64,000 bases of DNA from Trueperaceae bacterium (GTDB taxonomy: Bacteria; Deinococcota; Deinococci; Deinococcales; Trueperaceae): contig OZ243956.1 in assembly GCA_965214405.1 (NCBI GenBank), positions 992,001-1,056,000 of the forward strand. The letters run 5' to 3'. Of the stretch, positions 8,014 through 17,709 are shown one piece after another. A program made the position numbers and the translations under genes. Below the pieces are notes generated by a model that searched no databases, was not told the DNA's origin, and saw nothing but the letters and a program-made list of their open reading frames with translations. How positions within the stretch are numbered: the first letter of the stretch is position 1; each line of letters starts with the position of its first letter.

Positions 8014-8286
8014 CTAGTTGAGATGCCTGAGAACGTAAGCCGCGCGCCGCCCCTGCACGTCGCTCGCCTCGTGCATCCGCAGAGTGTAGAGGGGTTCGGC
8101 GTGGTCCACACCCAGCACCGCGCCGGTGGGGAGAACCTGAGACAGGGCGGTCGCCGCCTCGCCGCTCACGTGGAGCGTCATCAGGAGGCCGCAGGCTTCG
8201 GTGACGAAGTCTTGAACGTTGCTTTGCAAATAGGCGTGAGCCAGGGGCCAGTAGCAGCGGTAGAGGGTCACTTCGGCGTGCGTCAT
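8014..8286 (-). CDS. Hypothetical protein
   Basis: ATG 8286 with GAGGT SD (ORF stays open to 8478). Confidence 0.45.
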   Translation of the reverse strand: MTHAEVTLYRCYWPLAHAYLQSNVQDFVTEACGLLMTLHVSGEAATALSQVLPTGAVLGVDHAEPLYTLRMHEASDVQGRRAAYVLRHLN

Positions 8287-8646
8287 CTTTACCTCTTTCT
8301 TTAACTTCTTAAGTCGTTGTCTCGAGAGCGAGTTGCGTCTCGAGAACCACTTAAAAACCGTCTCAAAAGAGGCGCGCGGCCGGAACCTTGCTGTGGGCAT
8401 TGGGAAGGGGTGAGTCCCGGCCGGTTGCGCCACTAGCTCCGCCCGCTCCAGGCGCCCACAGTACAGAACGGACTTCATCGCTTCCGAGGGAGGGGTAGTC
8501 CCTCTGAAAGCAAGCGTACGTGAGCGGCGGCTAAGGGGGTGTAAGAAAGATTATGCGTCCAGCAGGAAGTAAAATGGCTAACAAGATGTGAAGTGAGCGC
8601 GTCACCCCGAGCTTCGCCCCGACCTTTGACACAGTCATGACACAGT

Positions 8647-8678
8647 AAAAATCCCGCGGCTGACAGGGCAGCCGCGGG
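8647..8678 (-). terminator. Rho-independent terminator ending the nuo operon
   Basis: CCCGCGGCTG-acaggg-CAGCCGCGGG followed by a T-tract on the minus strand. Confidence 0.75.
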
Positions 8679-8700
8679 GGTAAAGCGCGTACTTTTGCGT

Positions 8701-8904
8701 CTACTGCGTTCTTTCGTCCGCTCCTATGAGGATAAACTCGCGCTCAAAGGGATGATAGTCAACGGTCCAGCGCAGCCCCTGGTACGTCACCACGGCCTCG
8801 TCGCCCGTCGCCTCCCAGGCTCTCTTAAAGGTTTCTCGCTGCTCTTCAGTCAGGTCGCCTTCGCTTACTACGGTTCTCTCTGCCATAAGATAAGCATACC
8901 CCAT
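8701..8904 (-). CDS. Small hypothetical protein
   Basis: Start overlaps the stop of the methyltransferase; GGAGGG upstream. Confidence 0.6.
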   Translation of the reverse strand: MGYAYLMAERTVVSEGDLTEEQRETFKRAWEATGDEAVVTYQGLRWTVDYHPFEREFILIGADERTQ

Positions 8905-9833
8905 CAAGCTTTACCCTCCGCGCGAACGGCGGTTATGAGCAGGTCGTACTTGCCTGTAATAAACACCTTGAACTTGTGCTGTTGCAGGTACTTTTTGTAA
9001 AACGCTAGGTCTTTCACGAGCAGCGACAGCTCAGCCTGACGGAAATTTTTCATCCGCGCGCCGTAGACAACCTCGCCGTCTACGTAGCGGCTGTTAGGAA
9101 AGCCGAGGATGAGCGCGCCCCGCTCGGTGAGACGGTTTTGGACAAGGTTTCGCAACAGGTCGCGGTCGCGCACGCCCGGACTTTGCAGGGTGTCTATAGA
9201 AATCACCAAGTCGAAGTGGGGGAGCTCGAGCCCCGCCAGTTCGTTAACATCCGCCACATGAAAAGTGAAGCGCGGCCCCGGAAACCGCTCCCTCGCACGC
9301 GCGACGGCACTTTCCGAATGGTCCACACCGACAAAACGCAGGCTCCGGTACATGTCGGGCGGGTAGAGGCGTTCAAAAGGCGCGAACTCGTCGCCCGTAT
9401 TTATACCCAAATCCAGCACGGTGCCGCCGGGCGGGAGGGCGGCTCGAGCCAAAGCCTCCTCATAGTCGAGCAAGAAGGTAGGTTCCTCGAGCTTGCTCAC
9501 ACGCCCGAAGGGAGAATCGGGGCCGTACTTTTCGGTACCTTCCGCTTCACGCCACGGGGCTTGGAGGTCCAAAGGTTGAAACCGAAGTGTAACGTGCGCG
9601 CCGTCCGCTAGAGGAGTTAGAAAGCGGCAGTTAAGGCGTTCGGCCAAGTCCAGCCAGCTTTTATAAGGGCGGTGGCGGTAGGTGACGCCGTTAATCTCTA
9701 CCCGTTCGCCTGAGAAGAGGTTGGGGTACCCGTCGGGGTTGAGGACGGTGAAGGTGAGGAGGGGGGTGGGGGGCTCGAGCCGCGCCCGCAAATGTTCGAC
9801 AATCTTGTGTAGGGGTTCGTCGGTAAAGGTCAC
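8904..9833 (-). CDS. Class I SAM-dependent methyltransferase
   Basis: VLDLGINTG and FVGVDHS motifs; GTG 9833 with GGGGAG SD just after nuoN. Confidence 0.8.
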   Translation of the reverse strand: MTFTDEPLHKIVEHLRARLEPPTPLLTFTVLNPDGYPNLFSGERVEINGVTYRHRPYKSWLDLAERLNCRFLTPLADGAHVTLRFQPLDLQAPWREAEGTEKYGPDSPFGRVSKLEEPTFLLDYEEALARAALPPGGTVLDLGINTGDEFAPFERLYPPDMYRSLRFVGVDHSESAVARARERFPGPRFTFHVADVNELAGLELPHFDLVISIDTLQSPGVRDRDLLRNLVQNRLTERGALILGFPNSRYVDGEVVYGARMKNFRQAELSLLVKDLAFYKKYLQQHKFKVFITGKYDLLITAVRAEGKA

Positions 9834-9838
9834 CGGGC

Positions 9839-11275
9839 TTATCTCCCCACGATGAACCCCTGCGCGATGGGGGCCAATGCGGTTTCGACAATACCCAAAG
9901 TCGGCCCCGGAAAAGTCCCGACGAGCACCACGCCGAGCGCCGCCACGCCAAGCGCGACCAGCCCAATCATTTTGACGTCTACCGCCCGTGCCCCCTCGTC
10001 CGCCGGACTCAGCCACATCGCCACCACCACCCGCAGGTAATAGGCGTACGCGATGACCGTGTTGAGCACCGCCACCACCGCGAGCGTCAAGAGCCCCGCG
10101 TCCACCGCACTCTTGAACACGAAAAGTTTACCCGCGAAGCCCGCCAAGAGCGGTACCCCGGCTAAAGAAAGCAAAAAGAGTGTGAAAAGAAACGCGGGAA
10201 AGGGGCTGCGTTTGCCGAGACCGGAGTAGGACCCAAGCTCCTCCCTCACGCCAGCGTTGCGTAAAAGCTCGAGACTGGTAAACGCCCCGATATTGGTAAT
10301 CGCGTAGGCAAGCGCGTAAAAGATGACCGCGCCGAACCCGGCCACCGTCCCCGCCGCCAGACCCACCACGATGGTGCCGAGTTGCGCCACCGACGAGTAC
10401 CCCAGCAGGCGCTTGAGGTTCGTTTGGCGCAACGCTTGTAGATTGCCGACGGTCATTGTCAGGGCGGCGAGCCAGACCAACGCCTGCTGAGGGGCCGCGC
10501 CGACTATGTCGAGCCTAAAAACTTGTGTAAAAAGATTCCCCAGCGCGATGACCGCGCCCGCCTTGGGTCCCACCGACAGGAGCGCAGCGACCATCGTCGG
10601 GGCACCTTGATAAGCGTCGGGCGTCCAGGCGTGAAAAGGGACCAGCGCGAGTTTGAAGCCGAAACCAACGAGCGTGAGCGCCACGCCGGGCCAGAGGAGC
10701 GCGGGGAGGGTGGGAGAAAGCGCCAGGGTTGCCGCAATCTCGTCGTAATAAAAACCGCCTCCGGCCCCAAAAAGAAACGAGAAACCGTAGAGGAGGAGGG
10801 CGCTCGAAACCGCCCCCAACGTAAAATACTTTGTCGCCGCCTCCGTGCTGCGCCGCGCGTCGCGGTAGTAGCCGACCAGGACGTAAGTGCTGTAGCTCGA
10901 GAGTTCAATGCCGACGTATAGCAGCAAGAGGTTGTTCGCGGCGACCATCAAGGTGCCGCCAAGGGCGGTGTAGAGGATGAAGGCGTAAAATTCCGCCCGT
11001 CCGGCGTGATACTTGCCAGGTTCGGCCATCGCGCCCAAAATAACGAGCGCGGCGATGAGCGAGAGCGTCATCCCGCCCAGCGCCGCCAAACCGCCGAGTT
11101 GCACCATCCCCAGGAGCGTGCCCGTTTCGTTGTAAGAAAGGGCGAAAAGGAGGAAAGCTATCACGGACGCGCCGAGGCTTATGGCGGCGGGAATGATGGG
11201 ACGCTCCTCAAACGAGGGCACGAGCAGCACGATGCTGGCACCGACGACGAGCGTTAAAAGCGCGGCGAGAAACAT
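9839..11275 (-). CDS. nuoN: NADH-quinone oxidoreductase subunit N
   Basis: EAATKYF, GFKLALVPFHAWTPDAYQGAP, LSLAGVP motifs. Confidence 0.95.
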   Translation of the reverse strand: MFLAALLTLVVGASIVLLVPSFEERPIIPAAISLGASVIAFLLFALSYNETGTLLGMVQLGGLAALGGMTLSLIAALVILGAMAEPGKYHAGRAEFYAFILYTALGGTLMVAANNLLLLYVGIELSSYSTYVLVGYYRDARRSTEAATKYFTLGAVSSALLLYGFSFLFGAGGGFYYDEIAATLALSPTLPALLWPGVALTLVGFGFKLALVPFHAWTPDAYQGAPTMVAALLSVGPKAGAVIALGNLFTQVFRLDIVGAAPQQALVWLAALTMTVGNLQALRQTNLKRLLGYSSVAQLGTIVVGLAAGTVAGFGAVIFYALAYAITNIGAFTSLELLRNAGVREELGSYSGLGKRSPFPAFLFTLFLLSLAGVPLLAGFAGKLFVFKSAVDAGLLTLAVVAVLNTVIAYAYYLRVVVAMWLSPADEGARAVDVKMIGLVALGVAALGVVLVGTFPGPTLGIVETALAPIAQGFIVGR

Positions 11276-11276
11276 C

Positions 11277-12776
11277 CTAAAAGCCCGCCATGCGCTCGAG
11301 CCCCCGCAACACCGGCCCCACCGCCGCGTCGATGTAGGGCGTCAGACTCGGCGGCCACAGGCCCCAGAGGAGCGCGAGAAAGACTAAGGGGGCGGCGGCG
11401 AGGAGCTCGAGCCGCTTCAAGTCGTACAAATCATAATCCTCCCGCATCCCCTCCGTCGGCTCACCCAAAAGCACCCGCTGCACCGTCCAGAGCATCAGGC
11501 CGCCGTTGATGAGGATGCCGAAAACGCCCAGCACTGCAAAGACTGTGGTTGCTGGATTCTGAAACGCGCCCAGCAGCGCCTGAAACTCCGCGACAAAACC
11601 CGCCAAGCCCGGAATCCCCGCGCCGCCGAGGAGAGACAACCACATGAGACCGCCGAGTACGGGCATCGCCGTATACATCCCCCGCATCGCGCCAATTGCG
11701 CGGGTGTGGGTGCGCATTGAAAGCATCCCGACGAGCATAAACATAAGCCCGGTGATGACGCCGTGCGCGACCATCCCGTAGACCGCGCCGTGGACGCCAA
11801 AGGGGGTGAGCGAGGCAACACCCAAAAGCACAAAGCCCATGTGATTGACCGACGAGTAGGCGACGAGCCTTTTTAAGTCCGCTTGCCCGAGCGCCACATA
11901 GCCGCCGTAGAGGATGCCGAGCACCGCGAGCGCCGCCAAGTAGGGCTGGAGCGTCCCCATCGCCTGGGGGAAAAAAGCCAGGTTAAAGCGCACCAGCCCG
12001 TAACCGCCCATCTTGAGAAGCACCCCAGCGAGGAGGATGGAGCCCGCCGTGGGCGCCTGCGTGTGCGCGTGGGGCAGCCAGGTGTGAAAGGGAAAGGCGG
12101 GGAGTTTGATAAGGAACGCCACCGTGAAACCCAGGCAGAGGAGGAGCGAGGCACCTTTGGCGACCCCCAAAGCGGGCAGAGTTGCCGCAAGCACCCGATA
12201 GTCAAAACTCACCGGCCCGCCGTTCGCGGCCAAGGCGGCGGCCCCGAGGATGCCGACGAGCAGAAAGACCGAGCCGAAAAGCGAGTAGAGCAAAAACTTC
12301 AGTGCCGCGTAGCGCCGCCCCTCGTAACCCCACACGCCGATGATGAAGAACATGGGAATCAGGACCAGCTCAAAGGCGACGAAAAAGAGGATGAGGTCGA
12401 GCGCGGCGAAAGTCGCGGTGAGCGCACCCTGCAAGAGCAAAAAGAGCGCGAAGAAGCCGCCTTGTGAATCCTCCTCTGTCCGCCGCCACTCGACTAACAC
12501 CGACAAGAGCGTGAGCAGCGCGGTGAGGAAGACGAAGGGCAAGCTCAGCCCGTCTAAGCCGACGCGGTAGCCGATGCCCAAACTCGGCACCCAAGAGAGG
12601 GACTGCACGTACTGGAAACCGCCCTCTGACAAGTCATACCCTACCCACAGCCCGAGGCTGAGGAGCGTCGTCAGCCCTGTAACCCCCAGGGCCAGCCAGC
12701 GGTAAAGCTTGCCATTACGCAAAAGCGCCACCACCGCCGCCCCGACAAGGGGCATAAAAATGAGCACCGAAATCAC
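11277..12776 (-). CDS. nuoM: NADH-quinone oxidoreductase subunit M
   Basis: KLPAFPFHTWLPHAH, LLKMGGYG, AYSSVNHMG; GTG overlapping the nuoL stop. Confidence 0.95.
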   Translation of the reverse strand: MISVLIFMPLVGAAVVALLRNGKLYRWLALGVTGLTTLLSLGLWVGYDLSEGGFQYVQSLSWVPSLGIGYRVGLDGLSLPFVFLTALLTLLSVLVEWRRTEEDSQGGFFALFLLLQGALTATFAALDLILFFVAFELVLIPMFFIIGVWGYEGRRYAALKFLLYSLFGSVFLLVGILGAAALAANGGPVSFDYRVLAATLPALGVAKGASLLLCLGFTVAFLIKLPAFPFHTWLPHAHTQAPTAGSILLAGVLLKMGGYGLVRFNLAFFPQAMGTLQPYLAALAVLGILYGGYVALGQADLKRLVAYSSVNHMGFVLLGVASLTPFGVHGAVYGMVAHGVITGLMFMLVGMLSMRTHTRAIGAMRGMYTAMPVLGGLMWLSLLGGAGIPGLAGFVAEFQALLGAFQNPATTVFAVLGVFGILINGGLMLWTVQRVLLGEPTEGMREDYDLYDLKRLELLAAAPLVFLALLWGLWPPSLTPYIDAAVGPVLRGLERMAGF

Positions 12777-14962
12777 CGGACGCCCCCCAGCCCCAGCGCA
12801 AAGATAAGCACCAGCGCCCCCGCCGCGAGGGTCCAGGCGTAATGCTCGAGCCGCCCCGTCTGCACCCTCCGCAGCGCGTCCCCGAACACCGCGACGAGCC
12901 ACGCGCCCAGGTCAATCGCTCCGTCTAAAAGCCGCCGGTCTATCCAGGCGACGGGCGCGGCCAACCGGGTAAGCGGCGCGGCGATGAAGCGGTAGTAAGC
13001 AGCGTCAATATAAAAACGCTTCTGAAGAAGCTGCGTGAGCGGTTCGGGAGCACGGACGGTGACCCTTTCAGAGCCGTATAAAACCCAGGCCAAGCCGAGG
13101 CCAATCAAAGCCAGCAACGTGCCCACCAGAAAACCCGGCCACTGCGCTTCGAGAGACTCGAGATGCGGCCTCTCCCCCGCATAAACAAACGTCTGCAACG
13201 CATTACCAAACAGCGGACTGCCGACAAAGCCAATCACGACGGCGCTCCCCGCCAAAACCCACAGCGCAGTGCCCATCGGCCAGCCTACTTCGTGCGGCGT
13301 GTCGTGCGCTGTTCCATCTGAGGCGTGGGTCTCGAGCCCCGTATCACCTTCCACCTCGTCCGCGCTCATGTTGAGTTCGGCGAACGCGCCTCTATTCCAG
13401 GAGGCTTCGCTCCAGGGAGAAGCCGTCGCGGGTTTTTCGAAAGCGATGAGGTAGGCTCGAGCGATATAAAACGCCGTCAATAGCGAGGCGGCGTAGGCCA
13501 TGAGGAGGAGCGGCAGGTACAGCCCGCTCGCCCCCGCGGCGTGGCTCACCGCCAAAAGCACCTCGTCCTTGGACCAGAACCCCGCGAAGGGCGTCACCCC
13601 GGCGAGCGAGAGCCCGCCAATCAAGAAAGTCCAGCGCGTCGTCGGCATGTACCTTTTCAGCCTGTCCATCTCAAAAATGTCTTGGGTGCTCGAGCCGTGA
13701 ATCATCGCGCCGGAGCATAAAAAGAGGAGCGCCTTGAAGAACGCGTGCGCGACGAGGTGGAAAACCGCCGCCACCCAGCCGAACGCGCCTAGACCCAAAA
13801 ACATCAGCCCGAGCTGCGAGACGGTGGACCAGGCGAGAATCTTTTTGATGTCGGCGAATGCGGGGGCGAGCACGGCGGCGAAGAGCGCGGTAAAGCCGCC
13901 CACCCAGGCCACCACCGGCAGCGCGTCGCCCATCAGCAGCACCGGATAAAGGCGCGCGATGAGGAACACGCCCGCGGCGACCATCGTCGCGGCGTGAATC
14001 ATCGCCGAGACGGGCGTGGGGCCTTCCATCGCGTCCAAGAGCCAGACGTGGAGCGGGAACTGCGCCGACTTGCCCACCGCGCCAAAAAAGAGCAAGAGCC
14101 CGATACCCGTCGTTACCCCCGCTGAACCCGCCAAGAGCCCCGGTGCCGCCGCCTGAATGGTCGGCAAGTCGAGCGTTCCGAACGCGCGGTAGAGCCAAAA
14201 AATCCCGAGCATCAGCCCAAGGTCAGCCAATTTAGTCACCAGAAACGCTTTTTTCATCGCCTGTTGCGCTGCTATTTTTTTATAGAAAAATCCAATCAGA
14301 AGATAACTCATCACGCCCATGAGTTCCCAAAAGAGGAGCAGATGAAACAGGTTCTTGCTCATCACCATGCCGAGCATCGCGGAGGCGAAGAGGCTGATGT
14401 AGGCAAAAAAGGTGGGGTAGCGCGGCTCGTCGGCCATGTACTCGAGCGAGAAGAGGTGGATGAGGAGCGAGACGAGCGTTACCATGAAGACCATCACCGC
14501 GGCGAAGGGGTCGATGAAGAAGCCAAAGGGCAGGCCCGCCTCGCCGCGGATGGCGAGCCAGGAGCGTTCGGTGGTGAAGGGGAAACCGGGCGCGGCGGGG
14601 CGGACGAGGGCGAATTCTTGAAGGCGTGAAACTCTTTCCTCCGCCGCCTCTAGCCGTTCGTGAAGAACCTCGAGCCTCCCCCCAGAAACATTCACACGCT
14701 CGGCCTCGAGAAGTTCGTGCTCGAGCCGCTCCACCAGCACCTCCGCCGCCTCCACGTTTCTCAGTCCCGCCCCGGACCAGCGCGGCGCGGCCTCGTCGGT
14801 TTGAACGAGCAAGAGGATTGCGAAGAGGCTCGAGACGACCAGTAAGCCGATACTCAACCACGCGCTCCTACGCCCGCCCAGACGGTAGCCGAAGAGGATA
14901 AGCACGCCGAACGACAAGGCGGGCAGCGCCGGGATGAGCCACGCGTAAGCCGTGGGCGTCAC
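12773..14962 (-). CDS. nuoL: NADH-quinone oxidoreductase subunit L
   Basis: GKSAQFPLHVWLLDAMEGPTPVSAMIHAATMV, HAFFKALLF, GFWSKD. Confidence 0.95.
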   Translation of the reverse strand: MTPTAYAWLIPALPALSFGVLILFGYRLGGRRSAWLSIGLLVVSSLFAILLLVQTDEAAPRWSGAGLRNVEAAEVLVERLEHELLEAERVNVSGGRLEVLHERLEAAEERVSRLQEFALVRPAAPGFPFTTERSWLAIRGEAGLPFGFFIDPFAAVMVFMVTLVSLLIHLFSLEYMADEPRYPTFFAYISLFASAMLGMVMSKNLFHLLLFWELMGVMSYLLIGFFYKKIAAQQAMKKAFLVTKLADLGLMLGIFWLYRAFGTLDLPTIQAAAPGLLAGSAGVTTGIGLLLFFGAVGKSAQFPLHVWLLDAMEGPTPVSAMIHAATMVAAGVFLIARLYPVLLMGDALPVVAWVGGFTALFAAVLAPAFADIKKILAWSTVSQLGLMFLGLGAFGWVAAVFHLVAHAFFKALLFLCSGAMIHGSSTQDIFEMDRLKRYMPTTRWTFLIGGLSLAGVTPFAGFWSKDEVLLAVSHAAGASGLYLPLLLMAYAASLLTAFYIARAYLIAFEKPATASPWSEASWNRGAFAELNMSADEVEGDTGLETHASDGTAHDTPHEVGWPMGTALWVLAGSAVVIGFVGSPLFGNALQTFVYAGERPHLESLEAQWPGFLVGTLLALIGLGLAWVLYGSERVTVRAPEPLTQLLQKRFYIDAAYYRFIAAPLTRLAAPVAWIDRRLLDGAIDLGAWLVAVFGDALRRVQTGRLEHYAWTLAAGALVLIFALGLGGVR

Positions 14963-15261
14963 TCTTTAAGCTCCCGCAGCGCCTCGACCACCGCGTACCC
15001 GTTCGCCCGGAACACGTTGAGAAAGAGCGCCAGCCCCACCGCCACCTCCGCCGCCGCGATGGCGACGACGAAGAGCGCGAACACGTCGCCCTGCGCGTTA
15101 TTACCAAAGCGGGCGATGGCGACGAAGTTAATCAGCACCGCGTTGAGCATGATTTCAACCGACATGAGGATGGCGACTAAGTTGCGCCGGGTGAGCACGC
15201 CGTAGAGCCCGATGGCGAAGAGCACCGCGCCGAGGGCGAGAAAGTGGTTAAGCGTCAGCAT
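14959..15261 (-). CDS. nuoK: NADH-quinone oxidoreductase subunit K
   Basis: LMSVEIMLN, AAAEVAVGLA. Confidence 0.95.
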   Translation of the reverse strand: MLTLNHFLALGAVLFAIGLYGVLTRRNLVAILMSVEIMLNAVLINFVAIARFGNNAQGDVFALFVVAIAAAEVAVGLALFLNVFRANGYAVVEALRELKE

Positions 15262-15838
15262 CGGCAAGCTCCCGTTGGTTGGGGTCTTTTTGGGCGGACC
15301 TCGAGCGCACCGTCGCATCCTCCCGCCGCGCTAACAAAATTGCGCCCACAAGCGCCACGAGCAACACCAGCGCGGTGGCCTCGAATGCCAGGATGGCCCC
15401 GCCCTGCACCGCCATCACATTGCCGTCACTCAAAGTGACCACGCGCCCGCGTTCGCTCAAGAGTTCGACGCCTAAGCGTTCGACCCCCAACGGCACAAGC
15501 GGCGTTCCCACCACGGCTGAGGGCAAAAAAAGGAGCACACCCACCGCGAAGGGCACCGCCACCAAAAGCGCCCACACCGCCGTCAGCGGGCTTTTTAGGC
15601 GCGACACCCGCGACTGCGTCATCATTACGATAAAAATGGTGACGATGGGGATGGCCCCCGCGTTGATGACGAGTTGCAGCACCGCCAGAAAGGGCGAGCC
15701 CAGGAGCCAGAACACGCCCGCCACCGAAAAGAAAGAAAACGCCAGCGCGAGCGCCGCCCGCACCAAGTTGTTTGCGGTGACCGCGAGGACCGCGAGCCCG
15801 ACGATGAGCGCGGAGAGGATGTAGAAGGCGACAATCAC
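15248..15838 (-). CDS. nuoJ: NADH-quinone oxidoreductase subunit J
   Basis: Five TM segments, LQLVINAGAI, FEATALVLLVALVGAI; operon position. Confidence 0.9.
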   Translation of the reverse strand: MIVAFYILSALIVGLAVLAVTANNLVRAALALAFSFFSVAGVFWLLGSPFLAVLQLVINAGAIPIVTIFIVMMTQSRVSRLKSPLTAVWALLVAVPFAVGVLLFLPSAVVGTPLVPLGVERLGVELLSERGRVVTLSDGNVMAVQGGAILAFEATALVLLVALVGAILLARREDATVRSRSAQKDPNQRELADADA

Positions 15839-16425
15839 GCCCCTTCACCCTCTTTTTGTTCGGCTTCTTGTTTGGCCTGCGCCTCGAGCCACGCCGCCTC
15901 GCCGCCGGGCTGCTCCTCCAGGGGTGCCACGCGAATCTCCCCGTTCTCGTCCCGGTATTCGACGCCAAGCTTGGGCGAGTACCACTGCCGCGCCAGGTCT
16001 CCCTGCTCGTCCAGAAACGCCTTGTCCGCTTTGAGGGTCTGCAAATCGTAAGTCGAAAGCTCGAAATCCTGGATCGTCACAATTGCGCTCACCGGGCAAG
16101 CCTCGACGCAGGCGGCGCAGTACATGCAGTTGACCAGGTCAATGTCGAAACGCTCGAGCACGAAGCCCTTGCCCTCCGGGTTGCGCTTGCGTTCTATAGT
16201 GATGACCTGACTCGGGCAGACTTTCTCGCAGGCCAGGCACGACACGCAGCGGTCTGTGCCGTCCTCGACAATGAGGGCTAGAGATTGACAGGAGACGGGG
16301 GGCAGGTCGGGTAGTTCGTAGGGATAGAGTTGGGTAAAGTTGCCCTTGTCGGAGGCGCTGTTCACCACGCCCATGCCCTTGCCGATGTCGCGTAGAGCTT
16401 TGGCGGCGTCTTTAAGAAGACTCAT
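15835..16425 (-). CDS. nuoI: NADH-quinone oxidoreductase subunit I (2x[4Fe-4S])
   Basis: CVSCLACEKVCP and CMYCAACVEACP. Confidence 0.92.
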   Translation of the reverse strand: MSLLKDAAKALRDIGKGMGVVNSASDKGNFTQLYPYELPDLPPVSCQSLALIVEDGTDRCVSCLACEKVCPSQVITIERKRNPEGKGFVLERFDIDLVNCMYCAACVEACPVSAIVTIQDFELSTYDLQTLKADKAFLDEQGDLARQWYSPKLGVEYRDENGEIRVAPLEEQPGGEAAWLEAQAKQEAEQKEGEGA

Positions 16426-16432
16426 GTCTGAT

Positions 16433-16630
16433 TTACTTCACAGTTTCGAGCAGCTCGAGATTGACTCTCAGCCACTCATTGACAAACGTCTGCACGTCAA
16501 GGTTTCTTTCCTCCGCCAGCTTATGCAAGGAGTTGTTTATATCGGGGTCTAGGTAGATGGGCAGACGAAAGGCGGCGTCGTGATCAAACTTGCCGCGCTC
16601 ACCTTTTGAAAAGTCATAAATGTCTTTCAT
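16433..16630 (-). CDS. BrnA/CopG-like antitoxin
   Basis: MKDIYDFSKGERGKF N-terminus plus IYLDPDI...QTFVNEWLR RHH-like region. Confidence 0.75.
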   Translation of the reverse strand: MKDIYDFSKGERGKFDHDAAFRLPIYLDPDINNSLHKLAEERNLDVQTFVNEWLRVNLELLETVK

Positions 16631-16692
16631 ACAATTTCCTTCCGATACGGCTCAATTTCCTTCTCAGGGTCCCAGTCAAAGCGGTACTGCAA
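16627..16692 (-). pseudogene. Internally deleted BrnT toxin remnant
   Basis: GAGGTG SD, then TTG-QYRFDWDPEKEIEPYRKEIV*; F(D/E)WDPEK is the BrnT N-terminal motif; ATGA-coupled to brnA. Confidence 0.7.
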
Positions 16693-16724
16693 CGCTCACC
16701 TCGAGGGTCAACTGAGAACGACTG

Positions 16725-17435
16725 TCACCTTTTGACGCACGTGTAATACGCATAGGTCTTCAGGTCATCATAAACCACGTTCTTCAGGCTGAAACCGACC
16801 TTTTCGAGCATCGCCTCGAGCAGCCACGCGTACGTGCTGTACTCCTCGCGGACGTGCGTCTCGAACTCCTCGCGTGACCACCCGTCTTCAGTTTCGCGGG
16901 ATACCGCGTCAATCCACGCGTTTATTTCCCTCTCAGCCTCGCCGGGTTCAAAGGAGAAAATCACGTCCATAAGATAGAAAACGCCGCCGGGCTTGAGCGC
17001 ATGGGCAACGCGGCGCAGCGCCTCAACTTTCCAGAAGTCCGGCAGGTGATGGAGGGCGCGCTGCGTCACCACGAAGTCGGCCTTTTCCCCTTGGTGTTGA
17101 TAGCTTAGAAAACCTTGCTGGACGCACTCGAGATTATCAAGCCCCATCTCCGCGGCCTTGGTTTCGATAAACGAGAGCATCGGCGCGGAAACGTCCACCG
17201 CGATGACGCGGCGGCAGCGTTTGGCGGCCCCTAACGCCAGGGCTCCCGTGCCGGGTCCAAACTCGATGAGAACGTGCGGCTCCGCCACCCCGAGACGGTC
17301 AAGCAGCGCCCGCTCGCGCTCGGGGTCGGTGCGCTGTTTTTGGTCGAAAGCCGCGACGAGGTCGGGGTCTTGAAATTCGAGGCCGCCGTGCTTAACTTCG
17401 TCAAAAAACCAGCGGGGTTTGTGGACTTTATGCAC
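16725..17435 (-). CDS. Class I SAM-dependent methyltransferase
   Basis: IEFGPGTG, AVDVS, ALHHLPD, LKPGG; GTG 17435 with AAGGAG SD. Confidence 0.88.
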   Translation of the reverse strand: MHKVHKPRWFFDEVKHGGLEFQDPDLVAAFDQKQRTDPERERALLDRLGVAEPHVLIEFGPGTGALALGAAKRCRRVIAVDVSAPMLSFIETKAAEMGLDNLECVQQGFLSYQHQGEKADFVVTQRALHHLPDFWKVEALRRVAHALKPGGVFYLMDVIFSFEPGEAEREINAWIDAVSRETEDGWSREEFETHVREEYSTYAWLLEAMLEKVGFSLKNVVYDDLKTYAYYTCVKR

Positions 17436-17472
17436 TAAAACGCTCCTTCTTCGTAAAAAGACACGGCGGGAG

Positions 17473-17709
17473 TCATCTCCTTCTCGGCAACACCACATCC
17501 AACTCCAAAAGCTCATACTGCAACGGGCTGATAGTCTCGCCATCCTCTAACGCACTCTCCAAATAAAGCTCTATCGCCTCTTGCAGGTTGCGCCGCACCT
17601 CCTGAAGCGTCTCGCCCGTCGTGACACAGCCCGGCAGGTTGGGGACAAAGGCGCTGTATCCGCCTCGAGGGTCGGTGGGGTCAAACTCGACCACGGCCTT
17701 GAAACGCAT
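17473..17709 (-). CDS. HicB family antitoxin (short form, no adjacent hicA)
   Basis: YSAFVPNLPGCVTTGETLQEVRRNLQEAIELYLE. Confidence 0.88.
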   Translation of the reverse strand: MRFKAVVEFDPTDPRGGYSAFVPNLPGCVTTGETLQEVRRNLQEAIELYLESALEDGETISPLQYELLELDVVLPRRR

